In this document: positions 14,747 to 27,210 of the stretch, in pieces
How positions within the stretch are numbered: position 1 is the first letter of the stretch
How the letters are laid out: each line of letters starts with the position of its first letter
Source: Paraspadella gotoi
Lineage: Eukaryota > Animalia > Chaetognatha
NCBI GenBank assembly: GCA_051294375.1
Contig: CM119266.1
Location: 21,341,987 to 21,405,986, forward strand
DNA length: 64,000 nt
Direction: 5' to 3'
Notes under the pieces: model-generated
The model's input: the letters and a program-made list of their open reading frames with translations, nothing else
Told to the model about the DNA's origin: nothing
The model's database searches: none
Program-made: the position numbers and the translations under genes

Positions 14747-16666
14747 ATGGCGACGTGGATTTCGGCGATCGTCGCAGCGGCGATCGTCCTAGCGGCGAAT
14801 TCGTCCTTCATTTCGGCCAAAAGAACCGATTCGATTCCAAAAAATCGCGAGAGCCTTTTCTTTCAAAACGACAAAGCGTCAGGGTCGTCGTCCTCATCGA
14901 CGTCGTCCTCGTCTTTTTTATCTTTAATCTCAAAATATCCTGACGCTCATCGATCAAAAGAAAACGTCGCCGCTCGATCCGCCGACTCGGCCCACGCCGC
15001 CTTTAACCGCCGTCCGCGACGCGAAACCCTTCCTCCTTGCCCGCCGGAGACGATCCGCCGCAAACGAGCGGCGCGCCATCTCTACGCCGCCAAGTGGCCG
15101 GGCGGCGTCGTGCCCTTCCAGTTCGCGCCGGACATGGACGCTTGGCAGCGCCACCTAGTGCGTCACACGATGGCGATCTGGGAACGGGGAACCTGCGTCC
15201 GGTTCAGGGAATGGCCCATGGCGTTTAACAGGTTGTCGAGAAAGAGTTGAGATAATGTGAAATCGTTAATTGTTAAGTAAATAGTAAATGAAAAGTATGG
15301 CTAGCTCATTGTTTCAGCCAGTTACTATTCTGACAATTGGCACGTTTGTTTATATTTAAGATATGTAATTAAACAGCGTAATGTTTGTAACTTTAACGTC
15401 AGGATTTACATCCGGGGATCGATGAACACCTGCTTCTCCGTCGAGGGTCGATATCGTTGTTGTTCCTCGGAGGTGGGGATGACCGGCGGTCGACAGTACC
15501 TCTATCTGGGTGAGTGCTTTCAATGATCACAATTCAGAAGAGTCGCAAATGTTAAAGATATTTTTTGGTTCAGTAAAAATAAAAGTTTTATCACAGAATA
15601 TTAACCTTATTTTTCTATAACGCCCCATTTCATATTAAATTCATAGTTAAATTCTTTTTTTTATTTGCGCCGCGAGTATTCGTCGTGTTACGTCATATCA
15701 TATCATGTCACGAGAAATACACGTGATAAGGCGGTCACTGCGGCGCAACACATTTGAATTGCTATTCTTGTTTAGCTAAGAATTAGGTTTGAGGTTAAGG
15801 ATATCGATTAGGTTAATTAGGTCAGTTATAATGATTAAAAGGTTCGGATTAAAAATTAAGAATAAAGGTTAAGGGTTTAGGATTAAGCCAAGGTTATCGA
15901 TTAAAGTTAGGGATTAGGTTATAGGTTTAAAAATATATTAAAATTAATTATTAAAATTAAAATTAATTTTTGGGATAAACAAAAAGAAATGCGGATCTTT
16001 CGGAAAAAAGTGCCGAAGTATTGTGCCATTTTTCGATTCAGGCAACGGATGTTGGAATACACGAAACATCGCCCACGAGTTGGGCCACGCCCTCGGTCTC
16101 GGTCACGAGCATCAGCGACCCGACAGATCGAGCTTCATAGAGATCATTGACGCATCCGCAAAGCCTTGCGCTTACAGGTCAAGGACGATCCGAGTATTTT
16201 GTGATATAAAATGGAAATAGCTGTTTATCGTTTATATTTTAATCGTATTTTTATCTTTGCAAAGAATAATCCAATAAATTATAACTCGTGCAACTCAGAA
16301 TCGACCACAGTCTCGTACCACTTACGACATACGATGTCCACAGCGTGATGCACTACGGCGCCATCGCCCACGGACAGATCCGAACAAAAGACTGGAGAAT
16401 GCAGCAGGTATGTATCGTGGATTTTGGCCTGAAACTAATAATTACTTTTAATAATTACTTATAATTTCTTTTATGATGATATAATTTGTTCAATGTTCAT
16501 GTAATATCTTGTTTTTATAGTAGGATAAGTAGGAAAAGCGTACCTTTAAAAATCTACATATCATATCCACTTTTTACTGTAGGCCATCGGAAGTATCGTT
16601 CCCAGCCTCATGGACTTTGCTGCCATCAATCAAATGTATTGCAAGCGACCTCTTTTTCGCCATTGA
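14747..16666 (+). CDS. Secreted astacin-family (M12A) zinc metalloprotease, BMP1/tolloid-like catalytic domain only; join(14747..15231,15403..15509,16042..16177,16299..16407,16583..16666), ~306 aa
   Basis: Signal peptide MATWISAIVAAAIVLAA; RRKR|AA processing site; WPGGVVPF; TCVRF; CCSSEVG; zinc signature HELGHALGLGHEHQRPDR; Met-turn YDVHSVMHY; C-terminal DFAAINQMYC. GT-AG junctions are phase-compatible, and AATAAA overlaps the stop codon. Confidence 0.92.
15728..16016 (+). repeat. Dispersed repeat with a degenerate TTAGG(G)-like core, in astacin intron 2
   Basis: attaggtttgaggttaagg occurs as its reverse complement at ~29650-29668. Both copies have a GC-rich end containing TCGGAAAA. Confidence 0.5.
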
Positions 16667-16904
16667 ATAAAAGTATCATATAGACCAAATGAAGAAAAAG
16701 AAACAAGCTGTGATTGTATATGTCAAGCTTCACACGACGAAAAACTTTACAGTTTCGAATAAAGATTTTCGAAAATGACTAAATCTGTCGCAATTATTCT
16801 TCAGTGTAGATATTCATTAGTTTATTCACTAATTACCAAAAAAAGGATATGTAGTCGGGCATTGCCTAGGTTCACCCCGCCTATAAGCATAACACTTTCA
16901 GTTG

Positions 16905-17085
16905 TGACCCGGTGGCTCATTGAGTAAAGCCATGACCTACCCTGCGGGAAGCGTGAGGACGGCCGTAAGCCTCCTTGGGGGCTTGGAAAACCCTCAAACC
17001 TGGTTCCAAGCCCAGGACCCGTTCCATGGCTGCTAGAGGGGGTTATTGAAGTTACGGATAGTCATCTTCAGCCCTCTTAGCGCGT
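16905..17085 (+). other. Hairpin-rich element 3' of the astacin gene; possible tRNA-derived SINE or structured RNA
   Basis: A-box-like GGTGGCTCATTGAGTAAAGC. Stems AGCCATG/CATGGCT, AAGCCTCC/GGGGGCTT, CCTGG-TTCCAAGC-CCAGG and GCTAGAGGG/CCCTCTTAGC. Confidence 0.4.
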
Positions 17086-17424
17086 TATCCACAGATATAT
17101 TGAGCCATGCCGAGCCGCACCTTTTTTTCACCTCCGACCGGTATCATTAACCATCGTTAACCCGTCGTTTGACATGATTGTAAAAAGTCGGTAAATTCCC
17201 AACGTAAGTCGGTTAATCGTTTCTCGCGTCTTCGTTTCTTTTGTGTATTTTCGGTCATTCGTCCGTCATCGTCTTCGTCATCGTCATTCGTCGTTCGAGC
17301 TGCTCTTTTATTTTTTTTTTCGCGGGCCTTTTTTTTTCTCTCTCTTTTTCTACCCGAGACTCTACGCGGCCCCGCTTTAGCGTTTATTATGCGCGCGCTC
17401 GCGACCTTTTCGCGGCTTAGAAAG

Positions 17425-17480
17425 GTCACGTGACGAGAGGCCGATAATCACGTGACCCGAAGGTCGAGCGTCGACGTCAG
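17425..17480. promoter_or_regulatory. Paired GTCACGTGAC-type E-boxes (CLEAR/USF-like) in a CpG-rich patch
   Basis: GTCACGTGAC at 17425-17434, TCACGTGAC at 17448-17456, and a CGACGTCA CRE-like site just downstream. Confidence 0.4.
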
Positions 17481-17538
17481 AACGAGGCTGCGATTAAAGA
17501 CTCATTTAAATAAGTTATGATTATAAGGAGAGCTATGC

Positions 17539-17643
<105 letters not shown>

Positions 17644-20284
17644 ATCGTGTTAATAATATATCTAACCAAAAATTATCTAAACAAACACATCCTTTTTTCC
17701 CTGAAGTGTACCTTTACTCGCAGTATCTTGATCTTGCTTGACAGCTTGTAACGTTATAACAACATCGTCGTCGTCGTCGGTTGTCGTCGTCTTCGTCGTC
17801 ATCGCCCGTCCCGCCTCGTCCTTCGGGGGTCCCGCGTGCTGCCCCCATTTTTCGCGCTTATCTTACAAATGGGTCGCTAATGACGCCGACGGCGGCCGAC
17901 GTCTTTGAAAAAGATGTCGGCCAAAAGGCGTCGGTGATCGCGTCGGCCGAGAGGCGCGCCCAACGCCAGTCTATCTCGATTCCCCCGCCTGCCTCTCTCT
18001 TCTCTCTCTCTCTCTCATTCTCATCTTCTTCGTTGCTCTCCTCTCCTTCTCTTCTCTCTCTATCGGTCAATCGCCTTATTTTTACAATGTTAGGATCAGC
18101 TGACTAAGGCGGGCATCGTTGTTCGCAAAGCTCTCGGATTCGTCTCGTTTTTTAAGAATGGCGGCCGGCCGATATCGTTCTTTAGCGGTTTAATCATATC
18201 CGATTTCCGCCACTAAACTCCGCTTTTTTTTCGGCTTTCGTATATCTTACCGGATATCGCTGTAAACTTTAGCTTCCTATCGTAACGTCCCTTTTCACTG
18301 TCCACACTGCCGCCGCTCGACCGCATTTAGCCCCTGCATCTACTTATACGTACTTACCCCCACCCGCAGCCCCGCAGCAGCCCCTCCGTCCCGTAAAAAC
18401 TGCGCCGCCGTTCGCGTTAGCGTCATTAAGGGAGGGTTGCCTGCCACGCCTCCTAAGAAATATCATCATCTCATATTAAGATGTAAGCAAACGATGCTTA
18501 ATGCGATATTTGTATTTAGATTAAATACTTTTTGCCCGCGAACGAGGTCTCTCTCCTTTTCTTTATTTCGGTGACTTAGGGGGCGCGCGGGGATGGGATG
18601 ACGAGAACAATTCTAGATAGGCTTGTTTAAAGGATGCCATTGAGAAGGATAAATGCTGCGACGAATTAATAAAACAGAAAAAAAGTCAATGCAGTTTAAA
18701 GTCCTTTTGAAGCATTTAAACATAGTCAATATCATATATGTATCTTTTTCAAACAAGGACCCTTTTTTTTTCTTCTTTGACTTGGTCGACGTCGGCGTCG
18801 TCGTCGTCGTCATCGCCTCGATCCCCGTCATCCTCGCCCTCTTTACGATGTGGTTACGACGTTTGATATCAAACGCGCTCTTCACGTGAAACGAGAGGAG
18901 GAAAGATGGCGACGTTAGAAGAAAGGAAGGGAGAAAGGACGGGAAAGGAAAGAAGGAAAAAATAAGTAGTTTGTTAAAAAGAGTCGAAATCGAAGAAAGG
19001 ATGAGGAAGTTAAGGAAAAAAGATGGGAAGATAAAAAAAAAATGAGATGAAAAGATGAAGGAATAAGAAAAGAGATTAAAAAGGGAAAAGGAGACAAAAT
19101 GATAGAGAGAATCCGAAGGGGAAATTATGTTAATGTACAATGTGAGATCACATGAGAAAAGGGAGGAAATGGTAAACAGAAAAAGAATGAAAGGAGGAAA
19201 AGAAAGAGAAAATGAAAATAGATTAAATGAAAGAAAAATAGGGATGAAGAGACGAAGGAACGTTTTGATGAAGGGACGAAGGTACGAAAGAACGAAGGGA
19301 GGATAAGGAAGGAAGGAGGTGATAAAGAGACGAAGGAACGAAGAGACGAAGGGACGAAGGTGGCCGCAGATGCGAATTGCATTCATAAAACAAAGCCTTT
19401 CCGGCATCGGCTTCGTCTGAGTTTGACATTCGAAGAAAATTGGGTGATTGGTGGCCAAGGTGGAGAGAGCGATAGAGAGCGAGAGCTGGCGTAAGAAATA
19501 GAGGGAGAGAGAGCCGATTTTTTTTTTTTTCTGAAAATAAATAAGCAATTTGACAATTTAAGATCAAATAGAAGATTTAAATAATAAACGATGAGTATTG
19601 AGCAAGAAAAATTGCACTTAATGGCAACAAAAAATAAAATTCAAACAATTAAGGATCATTGCGGACATTGCAAATTGGAAAAGTATTTAAAATATCAAAT
19701 GAAAATCATGAGTGAATATTATCATTACAACCTAGGCCATTTGCCATTTTTTTTTAAGTCATAGACAGAAACTTGGCAAATGAAAAAAAAAGTAAATACT
19801 ATCATTATGGTACCTAACACTTCATATACTAGGCCATTGCCTCTTTTTTTTTTTTTTAAGTCATAGACAGAAACTTGTCAATTTTTTTTTTTAACTGATC
19901 ATAAATAGAAAAAAAGAGAGGGATCGTTATATTGGTCACGGCCGACGCCCGCCAATGTTCAAGTAATTCTGAATTTTTGGGAAAAACGGCAGTAAGATAT
20001 TTTTTTAGCAATTGCGCGAGGTTAGGTAAGGTGAGTTCATCGATACAATAATGTTTGAATATACCTCCTATATACCTCCATCTTCACCCTCGCTAACCTC
20101 TCTCTCCTCCCTCTCTCCTTTCTTCCTCCCTCTCTCTCTTCTCCTCTCTCCTCTCCAACCATGACGAAAAACAAAACGCCTCGACTTCGCTGTTATACCT
20201 CGAAATAAACGGATATAAGTTGCGTCGCAGCTGCCAAGTGACGACATAAAATGCGGGAGGCTTTTTGGTGGCGCCCGAGAGAGC

Positions 20285-20323
<39 letters not shown>

Positions 20324-23300
20324 GAGGGATCGGATCTGAGAGGTCAGGCGTCCAAAAATGAGAGCGACACTCGAGAGATGAAGTTCTNNNNNNNNNNNNN
20401 NNNNNNNNNNNNNNNNNNNNNNNNNNNNNNNNNNNNNNNNNNNNNNNNNNNNNNNNNNNNNNNNNNNNNNNNNNNNNNNNNNNNNNNNNNNNNNNNNNNN
20501 NNNNNNNNNNNNNNNNNNNNNNNNNNNNNNNNNNNNNNNNNNNNNNNNNNNNNNNNNNNNNNNNNNNNNNNNNNNNNNNNNNNNNNNNNNNNNNNNNNNN
20601 NNNNNNNNNNNNNNNNNNNNNNNNNNNNNNNNNNNNNNNNNNNNNNNNNNNNNNNNNNNNNNNNNNNNNNNNNNNNNNNNNNNNNNNNNNNNNNNNNNNN
20701 NNNNNNNNNNNNNNNNNNNNNNNNNNNNNNNNNNNNNNNNNNNNNNNNNNNNNNNNNNNNNNNNNNNNNNNNNNNNNNNNNNNNNNNNNNNNNNNNNNNN
20801 NNNNNNNNNNNNNNNNNNNNNNNNNNNNNNNNNNNNNNNNNNNNNNNNNNNNNNNNNNNNNNNNNNNNATAAGTAATAACTTAATTAAATGTTTAATATG
20901 CATTGACTAAAAATTATTCTTTTTAATTTATTTTTCTCGGTACATTTTCCTTCGGGATTTTAAGCAATCAAATCTGTCTCCTTCTCTATCTGCTCCTTCT
21001 CTCTCTCTTTCTCTTCTTCGCCAACTCGGCCTTTCTTTTTTATTGAAAATTCTTTCCTGCTTTATGACGTAGAAAAAATCGAGGATTCCTTTTTTTGCTC
21101 ATAAAAGTTGTTAAAAATTCAAAATGGCGGACGAAAAAAAAAAGACCATCTCCCACAAAAGTATTAAAACCCTGAAAATTTTTTTCCAATTTCTTTTTTT
21201 CTTTTTATATATACGTTTCGTTCCGAGAATTACATTTTTTAAAGCTTTTAAGATCAACTTTTTTTAAAGTCTCACTGAAATGAAAAAGTCGAATTCAAGA
21301 CGACGTCGTTGGCGACGACGACGACGACGACGACGACGCCAGGACGTGATGAAGTGTGAAGAGAAGGAATCAACCCAATGGTGAAGAGTCTGTTAGATCA
21401 TTATCAGAATGAATTGTCAGAATCTGGTGGTGAAGAAACGATTGGAGGAAGCGAAGCGAAGGTGAGGCCGTTGTTCCGTCCGTGAAAATCCTCACCGGGT
21501 GTGAAAAGAGTATAAAGGAAGTGTGAAGAGGTCGTTAAGAGTGTCCAGAGGAAGTACAAAGAATTACGGACGATGCATTGTCCTTCATTTCAAATCAATT
21601 GTGCACCGCGTAGCGTAACGTCCATATAGATATTTTTAATGACGATTTTTTTAGAAACGGGGAAAAATAAAAACTCATTTTGTGAAATATGGAGACAATT
21701 CAAATATCTATACATAATTACATATGTTTATTGACATCCGCGAAATGGTACAGCTCGATTTTCTTTTCGAAGAAAGTTGAAGCGCTCGTCTCAATCCAAT
21801 TACCTAATTCTTTCTCCTAGTCTTTTCGATCCTCCACTTCTCATCCACCTTCTCCCATACTCTGACCACTCCTACTCCCCCNNNNNNNNNNNNNNNNNNN
21901 NNNNNNNNNNNNNNNNNNNNNNNNNNNNNNNNNNNNNNNNNNNNNNNNNNNNNNNNNNNNNNNNNNNNNNNNNNNNNNNNNNNNNNNNNNNNNNNNNNNN
22001 NNNNNNNNNNNNNNNNNNNNNNNNNNNNNNNNNNNNNNNNNNNNNNNNNNNNNNNNNNNNNNNNNNNNNNNNNNNNNNNNNNNNNNNNNNNNNTTCGTTT
22101 CCCGGAAAATTCTTAATGATGCTGAGCCGTGGGAAAAGGGAAAGCAATAAAACTACGCGGCCCTTTTTCGTTTTCATATACTTACGTTCGAACGAGGCCA
22201 TAAGAATCCCGATGCCGAAAACGGNNNNNNNNNNNNNNNNNNNNNNNNNNNNNNNNNNNNNNNNNNNNNNNNNNNNNNNNNNNNNNNNNNNNNNNNNNNN
22301 NNNNNNNNNNNNNNNNNNNNNNNNNNNNNNNNNNNNNNNNNNNNNNNNNNNNNNNNNNNNNNNNNNNNNNNNNNNNNNNNNNNNNNNNNNNNNNNNNNNN
22401 NNNNNNNNNNNNNNNNNNNNNNNNNNNNNNNNNNNNNNNNNNCGTTCCCTTCCCTTTTTCCCTCATTTTCTTTCTTTCCCAATCTGCCTTTTTTCCCCCT
22501 TTTCTTTTCCTTCTTTTCCCTTCTCGAAGTCCCCTTCTTTCTCTCTTTCACCTTCTTTTCACCCTTCATCCCACAGAACCCTCGTTCTATCTCTCTCTTT
22601 CTCTCTGCTCCCTTTTTCTCTCTCCCTCTCCTTCTCCTTCTCCCTCTCTCTCTCTCTCTTTCTCTCTCTTCCTATCTCTCTCTCTCTTTTCTCACTCCCC
22701 TTTCTCTCTCAGCCCGCGTGATTCCAGTTGTTAGATCATTATCAGAATGACTTTAGGACTTTTAATAGCGCGAAATCCACTTTGTTTCACGTTTTATTGA
22801 CTCTTCCGTTGAGGTGGGTGCATAATGAACCGGATTCCAAACCCACTTTTCTTGGATGGAACCGATTTCTTCTTGTTCTTCTCTCTTCCTCCCCCCCCCT
22901 TACCGCATTTAACTTTCCATCTTTTGTGAATCACCACATTCCTTCTTTCTTCTCGTTAAATTATATTGTTTTTTTCATAAAAATGAGCGGAGATCCGACC
23001 ATTTTAAGTCGTTATAAGATGAAAGCCCAATTTAACCCGTGATTAAAAATTTACATCCTCGACAAAAATCTTAAAAATTCTGTCAACTTCAACTCTTACA
23101 AGATGATGACATAGCAGGTCCCTCCAAGCTTTTAATCCAGACTCTCACAGTCTCATTTATTCACTCCCAGAGTACTTGGCTTCCCTAACAATGAAGTGGT
23201 ATAACATTTTAAAGAATGTTTCAATTGTATATAATTTTCATCCGACATTTTATCTGCATATATATAGTATCTTTTTTTCTATTTTTCTCTCGACTATATT

Positions 23301-24874
23301 TTATTCCACATAATTTTCTCGTTTTTTTATCTCCTCTTTCTTCTTCTCTTTTTCTCCCTCATCTATACCGTTCACTATTCTACCATTTTTTTTTGTACTA
23401 TGCGTTTATTCATCTGTATTTATACTCTCATACAAGCGTATAGTTTAATCTCCATTTGTCTTAGTTCTTTGTTTAAAGGCGGGAACATTTTGACATTTTG
23501 ACATTTTTTGATTTGCATTTTTAATTCAACTTTAAATTTGACAGGCTTGCAAAGATCCTTCGGTTGAAAATCCTGGATCATAAATAGAATTGTCTCAGTC
23601 GAGGCGATCATTTGGATTAAAACTTGGACCCAATTTTATTTCATTGAGGACTTGAGTTATGTAATATCAGAAATTTGTGGCGCCTTGGTCTTCTATCAGA
23701 AGTCCAAAGTCAAACGGAAATTCTCCTGAAACTTTAATTTTCAAAAAACAACCTTTGTTTCCATGGAAACCAGAACGCTCAAAGTTCGCATGTAAAGAAC
23801 GATTTCCGCCCGCCGAAAACCGAAACTTCGCGAAAAAACACACTGTTTCCCTCAATTTTTTTCGTCCCATTTGCCAGATAACGATCTAATAAAATCCTTG
23901 CCGGGCCGATTACCGAGAAAATTTCCGCATTCCCGGATAAATGGAGCGGAAAAAAAGATGAATAAATAACGAGAGAAGATCAAACAGTAACATAGCGCGA
24001 ACGGAGTCAGCTCTGGACTCATCGCCGCCTGGCCGAAACCCCCGTGCGGGGGGGGGGCGGCCAGAGACGCACGCGAGCCGCCGTACGCCGACATTCTAGT
24101 TCGTCGTCCTCTTGAATCTCGGAACGTGCTCGGCTAACAAAATCCTCGACTTCTGCGATAGTGATTAGCATTGGATTCACAGAAAAAACCCCGGAGGGGC
24201 ATGTTGTTGTCGGCATTGCAATTTCATGCAAGACTGGTTTGCCCGGGACAACTTGAAATCGCAAAGAAGAAAAAAAAAAAAAAAAACGACAAAGTCGGGG
24301 GAACGGCGAAAAAGTCTTGTTGTGTTCGCCGCTTCTAAATTACCCCGTTTCCCAAAAATTCGATGCCTCGTTGTTTGTTTTAACACCAACTCGACTAGCG
24401 ACGCGATCCAGCGAAAGGCAAAAAAAAAATTGGGTCTTAAAACCTTGGGATAGGCACGTGGGGGAGATACGATGGGGTACCGCGGCGGGGGGGGATAGGA
24501 TGGAGCGGCGGTGGCGAGGCTGCGATAAAAGAATTTCGTGACATGCCCACCACCCTCCACCGTGGCAGCTAGGCAGGCACGGAGCAAATGATGAGCTGCG
24601 GAAAGTACGGAGGTATCGCACCCGAGTCTGTTGTGTGGGGGTGGTGTTGATCGTGAGGGGTGGACATTACTTAATTCTCAATGTGTTTGTTATTTAGTGT
24701 CGTTACGCGTCGTTGCAAAATATTCGGGCTCGTCCTGAACTAGTTGACCAGGTAAGGGTGCGAATCCGTGTATCGTGCGTTAGAATTGTGAATATGGAAA
24801 TTGTGGCGAAAGGGGAGATGGGAGATTAAGGGTGATTCGCGAGTTGAAAAATAGTGTATAATGGTTTCTTGTTC

Positions 24875-27210
24875 CTCGACGGAAAATTCTTAATGAGCTG
24901 AGCCGTGGAGAAGGGAAAGCAATAAAACTACGCGGCCTTTTTTCCGTTTTTCATTACTTACGTTCGAAAACGAGGGCCACTAAGAACCCGATCCTTGAGA
25001 AACGGTCTTTTTTTTTTTTTTTTTATTTTTTTTTGTAGCGTCTTCCTACTCTGTCTTGTCTCTATTGCTCTCATCTATCTGTCTCTCACTTCTTCATTTT
25101 TTCCTTTCTCGTCTCCGGACGTTCCCTTCCCTTTTTCCCTGCATTTTCTTTCTTTTCCCATACTGCTCGATTTTTTCACCCTTTTCTTTTCCTTCTTTTC
25201 CCCTTCTCGAAAGTCCCTATCTTCTTTCTCTTTCTTTCATCCTTCTTTTCTACCTCTTCATTTCCTTGCCTGCAGAACTCTCGTTCTATTCTCTCTTTTA
25301 GTATCCTCGGTCTGCTCGATCCCGTTTGTTTTCTCAGGTTCAATGCGGTGGGGGGGGTGGCTCTGTCCTTCTCATTCTCGCTCTCCCTCATCGTTCTCCT
25401 CTCTCTCTCGCAGACGAGCGGGGCTTTATTTTTTTTTGTGTTGGGCACAGTCTCGTCTTCTCGACTAAAGATCTTTCTCACTCGAGAGGACACGATGATC
25501 ATGTCGTCCTTACGCGACTTGTCTTCTTTCTCTCTATTGCAGGGTGTCCCGCGTGATTCCAGTTGTTAGAATGATTCATTATCAGAATGACTTTAGGAGA
25601 CTTATACTAAATACGCGCGGTATTCTTGATATATTCTTTCACTACTTTTTTCGTCTTTCATTATGTCCTCTCCGGTTTTCATTGTCGACTTCTTTATCTT
25701 GTGACGGATATTTTTTTCCGTATGGAGGTGGTGTCATAATGAACCGAATTCCTCTTTCATATTAGCTTTCGACTCTTTTCACTCTGCGTAATGGAACCGG
25801 ATTCGATTACTTGTTCCATTGCCCGCTGCCGGTTATGTGCCGTCCATGCTGCCTCTCGTGCTGCCTCTGTTACCGGGTGCCGATTTAATTGCTCTGTGAC
25901 GAGGTCATCAGTCACGCGCATTTAAGACTATTCCATCTTCCGTGAATCAACCAACAATGCGCTCATTTCTTGCTCCGTTAAATTAATATTGTTTTTTTTC
26001 ATAAAAAAATTGATGCCGGGAAGATTATCCGCCGATTTTAAGATCGTTATCACAAACTAACTCGAGAGATGAAATCACCAGGGACCAGCAATTTAATATT
26101 CCGTGATTAAAAAATTTAACAGAGTGTGTCACTCTGAGTGGAGATGAACGCGATAGCAAATATCTTAAAAAATTGCTAGTCAACTTCAACTCCTTACACA
26201 GATGGGGAAGAAAAAAAATGAACCATAAGCAGGTTCCTCCAGCTTTTAATCCAGACTCTCACCCAGTCTCATTATATTCCACATCCCAGAGCGGAGTACC
26301 TACCGAGGTGGGGACTGGGATCACAAGCTGTTTCCTTATGGTGTGTGTGAGTGAGACGTGTCTGTTCCTGCGGGTATTAAGCATTTACGCGGGTCGCGCG
26401 CGCTCGCCACCCGCAACATCGTGTACCCGGCATGGACAGCAAGTACCGAGTTCCAGACAATCCAACTGCCGAGACGCGAGGTCTAGAACAGATGACAGAA
26501 GCGAGCGACATGAGCATTAGGGCTGACACTTACGTCGTAGCAATCGACCGGATTATGCCGGCTCTGCACCACTCTTCAGCGGTCACTGATGTCTGCTATC
26601 AGATGTGGCGTTGGAAGTGCAACGTAGAAGTGTGTCTTAGGTAGATGGAGCGATGGCCGACCGGTGTGAGAGAGGATGTGTGAACCAGCATTTGGAGAGT
26701 AAATTTTCATGTCCGACATTCTGTACTCTGCATATACTACACTCAGTGATCTACAGCAAGATCTCTCGGTATGGACAAGTTGAAAAAAAAACTTGGTAGA
26801 TATATAAATTTTTATAAATATTACTGCCCATAAATATTTCTTCGTTTTTTATTCGATATGCCTCGACTCCATGTTTAGTTCTGTGTTATTTTTCGTATAT
26901 AAATTCATCGTGTAAGCGTACGTTCTGATCATGCGTGCACTCGATACGCGCCAATTGGAGATGTCGCACCGCACAGGGCCGCTTTTCTCAGTTACGTTGA
27001 GCTAGCGATGAGGCAGCACGTTCGGATCGTATACGTTGCACGATATTCTAAGCCCTATTGCTTACGTAGAGCATGGTTCTTTTGGGCAGCGATCTCTTGT
27101 TTTTTTTTATTTTACTTCGGAACAACAAAATTGTTATGGCATAAAGATGGACAAAGTTGGAGAGCGCTCTTCATACGTCTTTACAGAACCGTGCAACGAA
27201 GTTAACGAGA
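24875..27210 (+). other. Noisy duplicate of ~22094-23640; probable assembly artefact
   Basis: Shared anchors ggaaaattcttaatga..ctgagccgtgg, aagggaaagcaataaaactacgcggcc, ccgcgtgattccagttgttaga and cttttaatccagactctcac. Insertion-rich divergence; followed by a 25-N gap at 27291-27315. Confidence 0.75.

Noticed and set aside
18613-19548. 311-aa Phe/Ser/Leu-rich minus-strand ORF
   Set aside because: Derived from a GA-rich low-complexity tract; no recognisable motifs.
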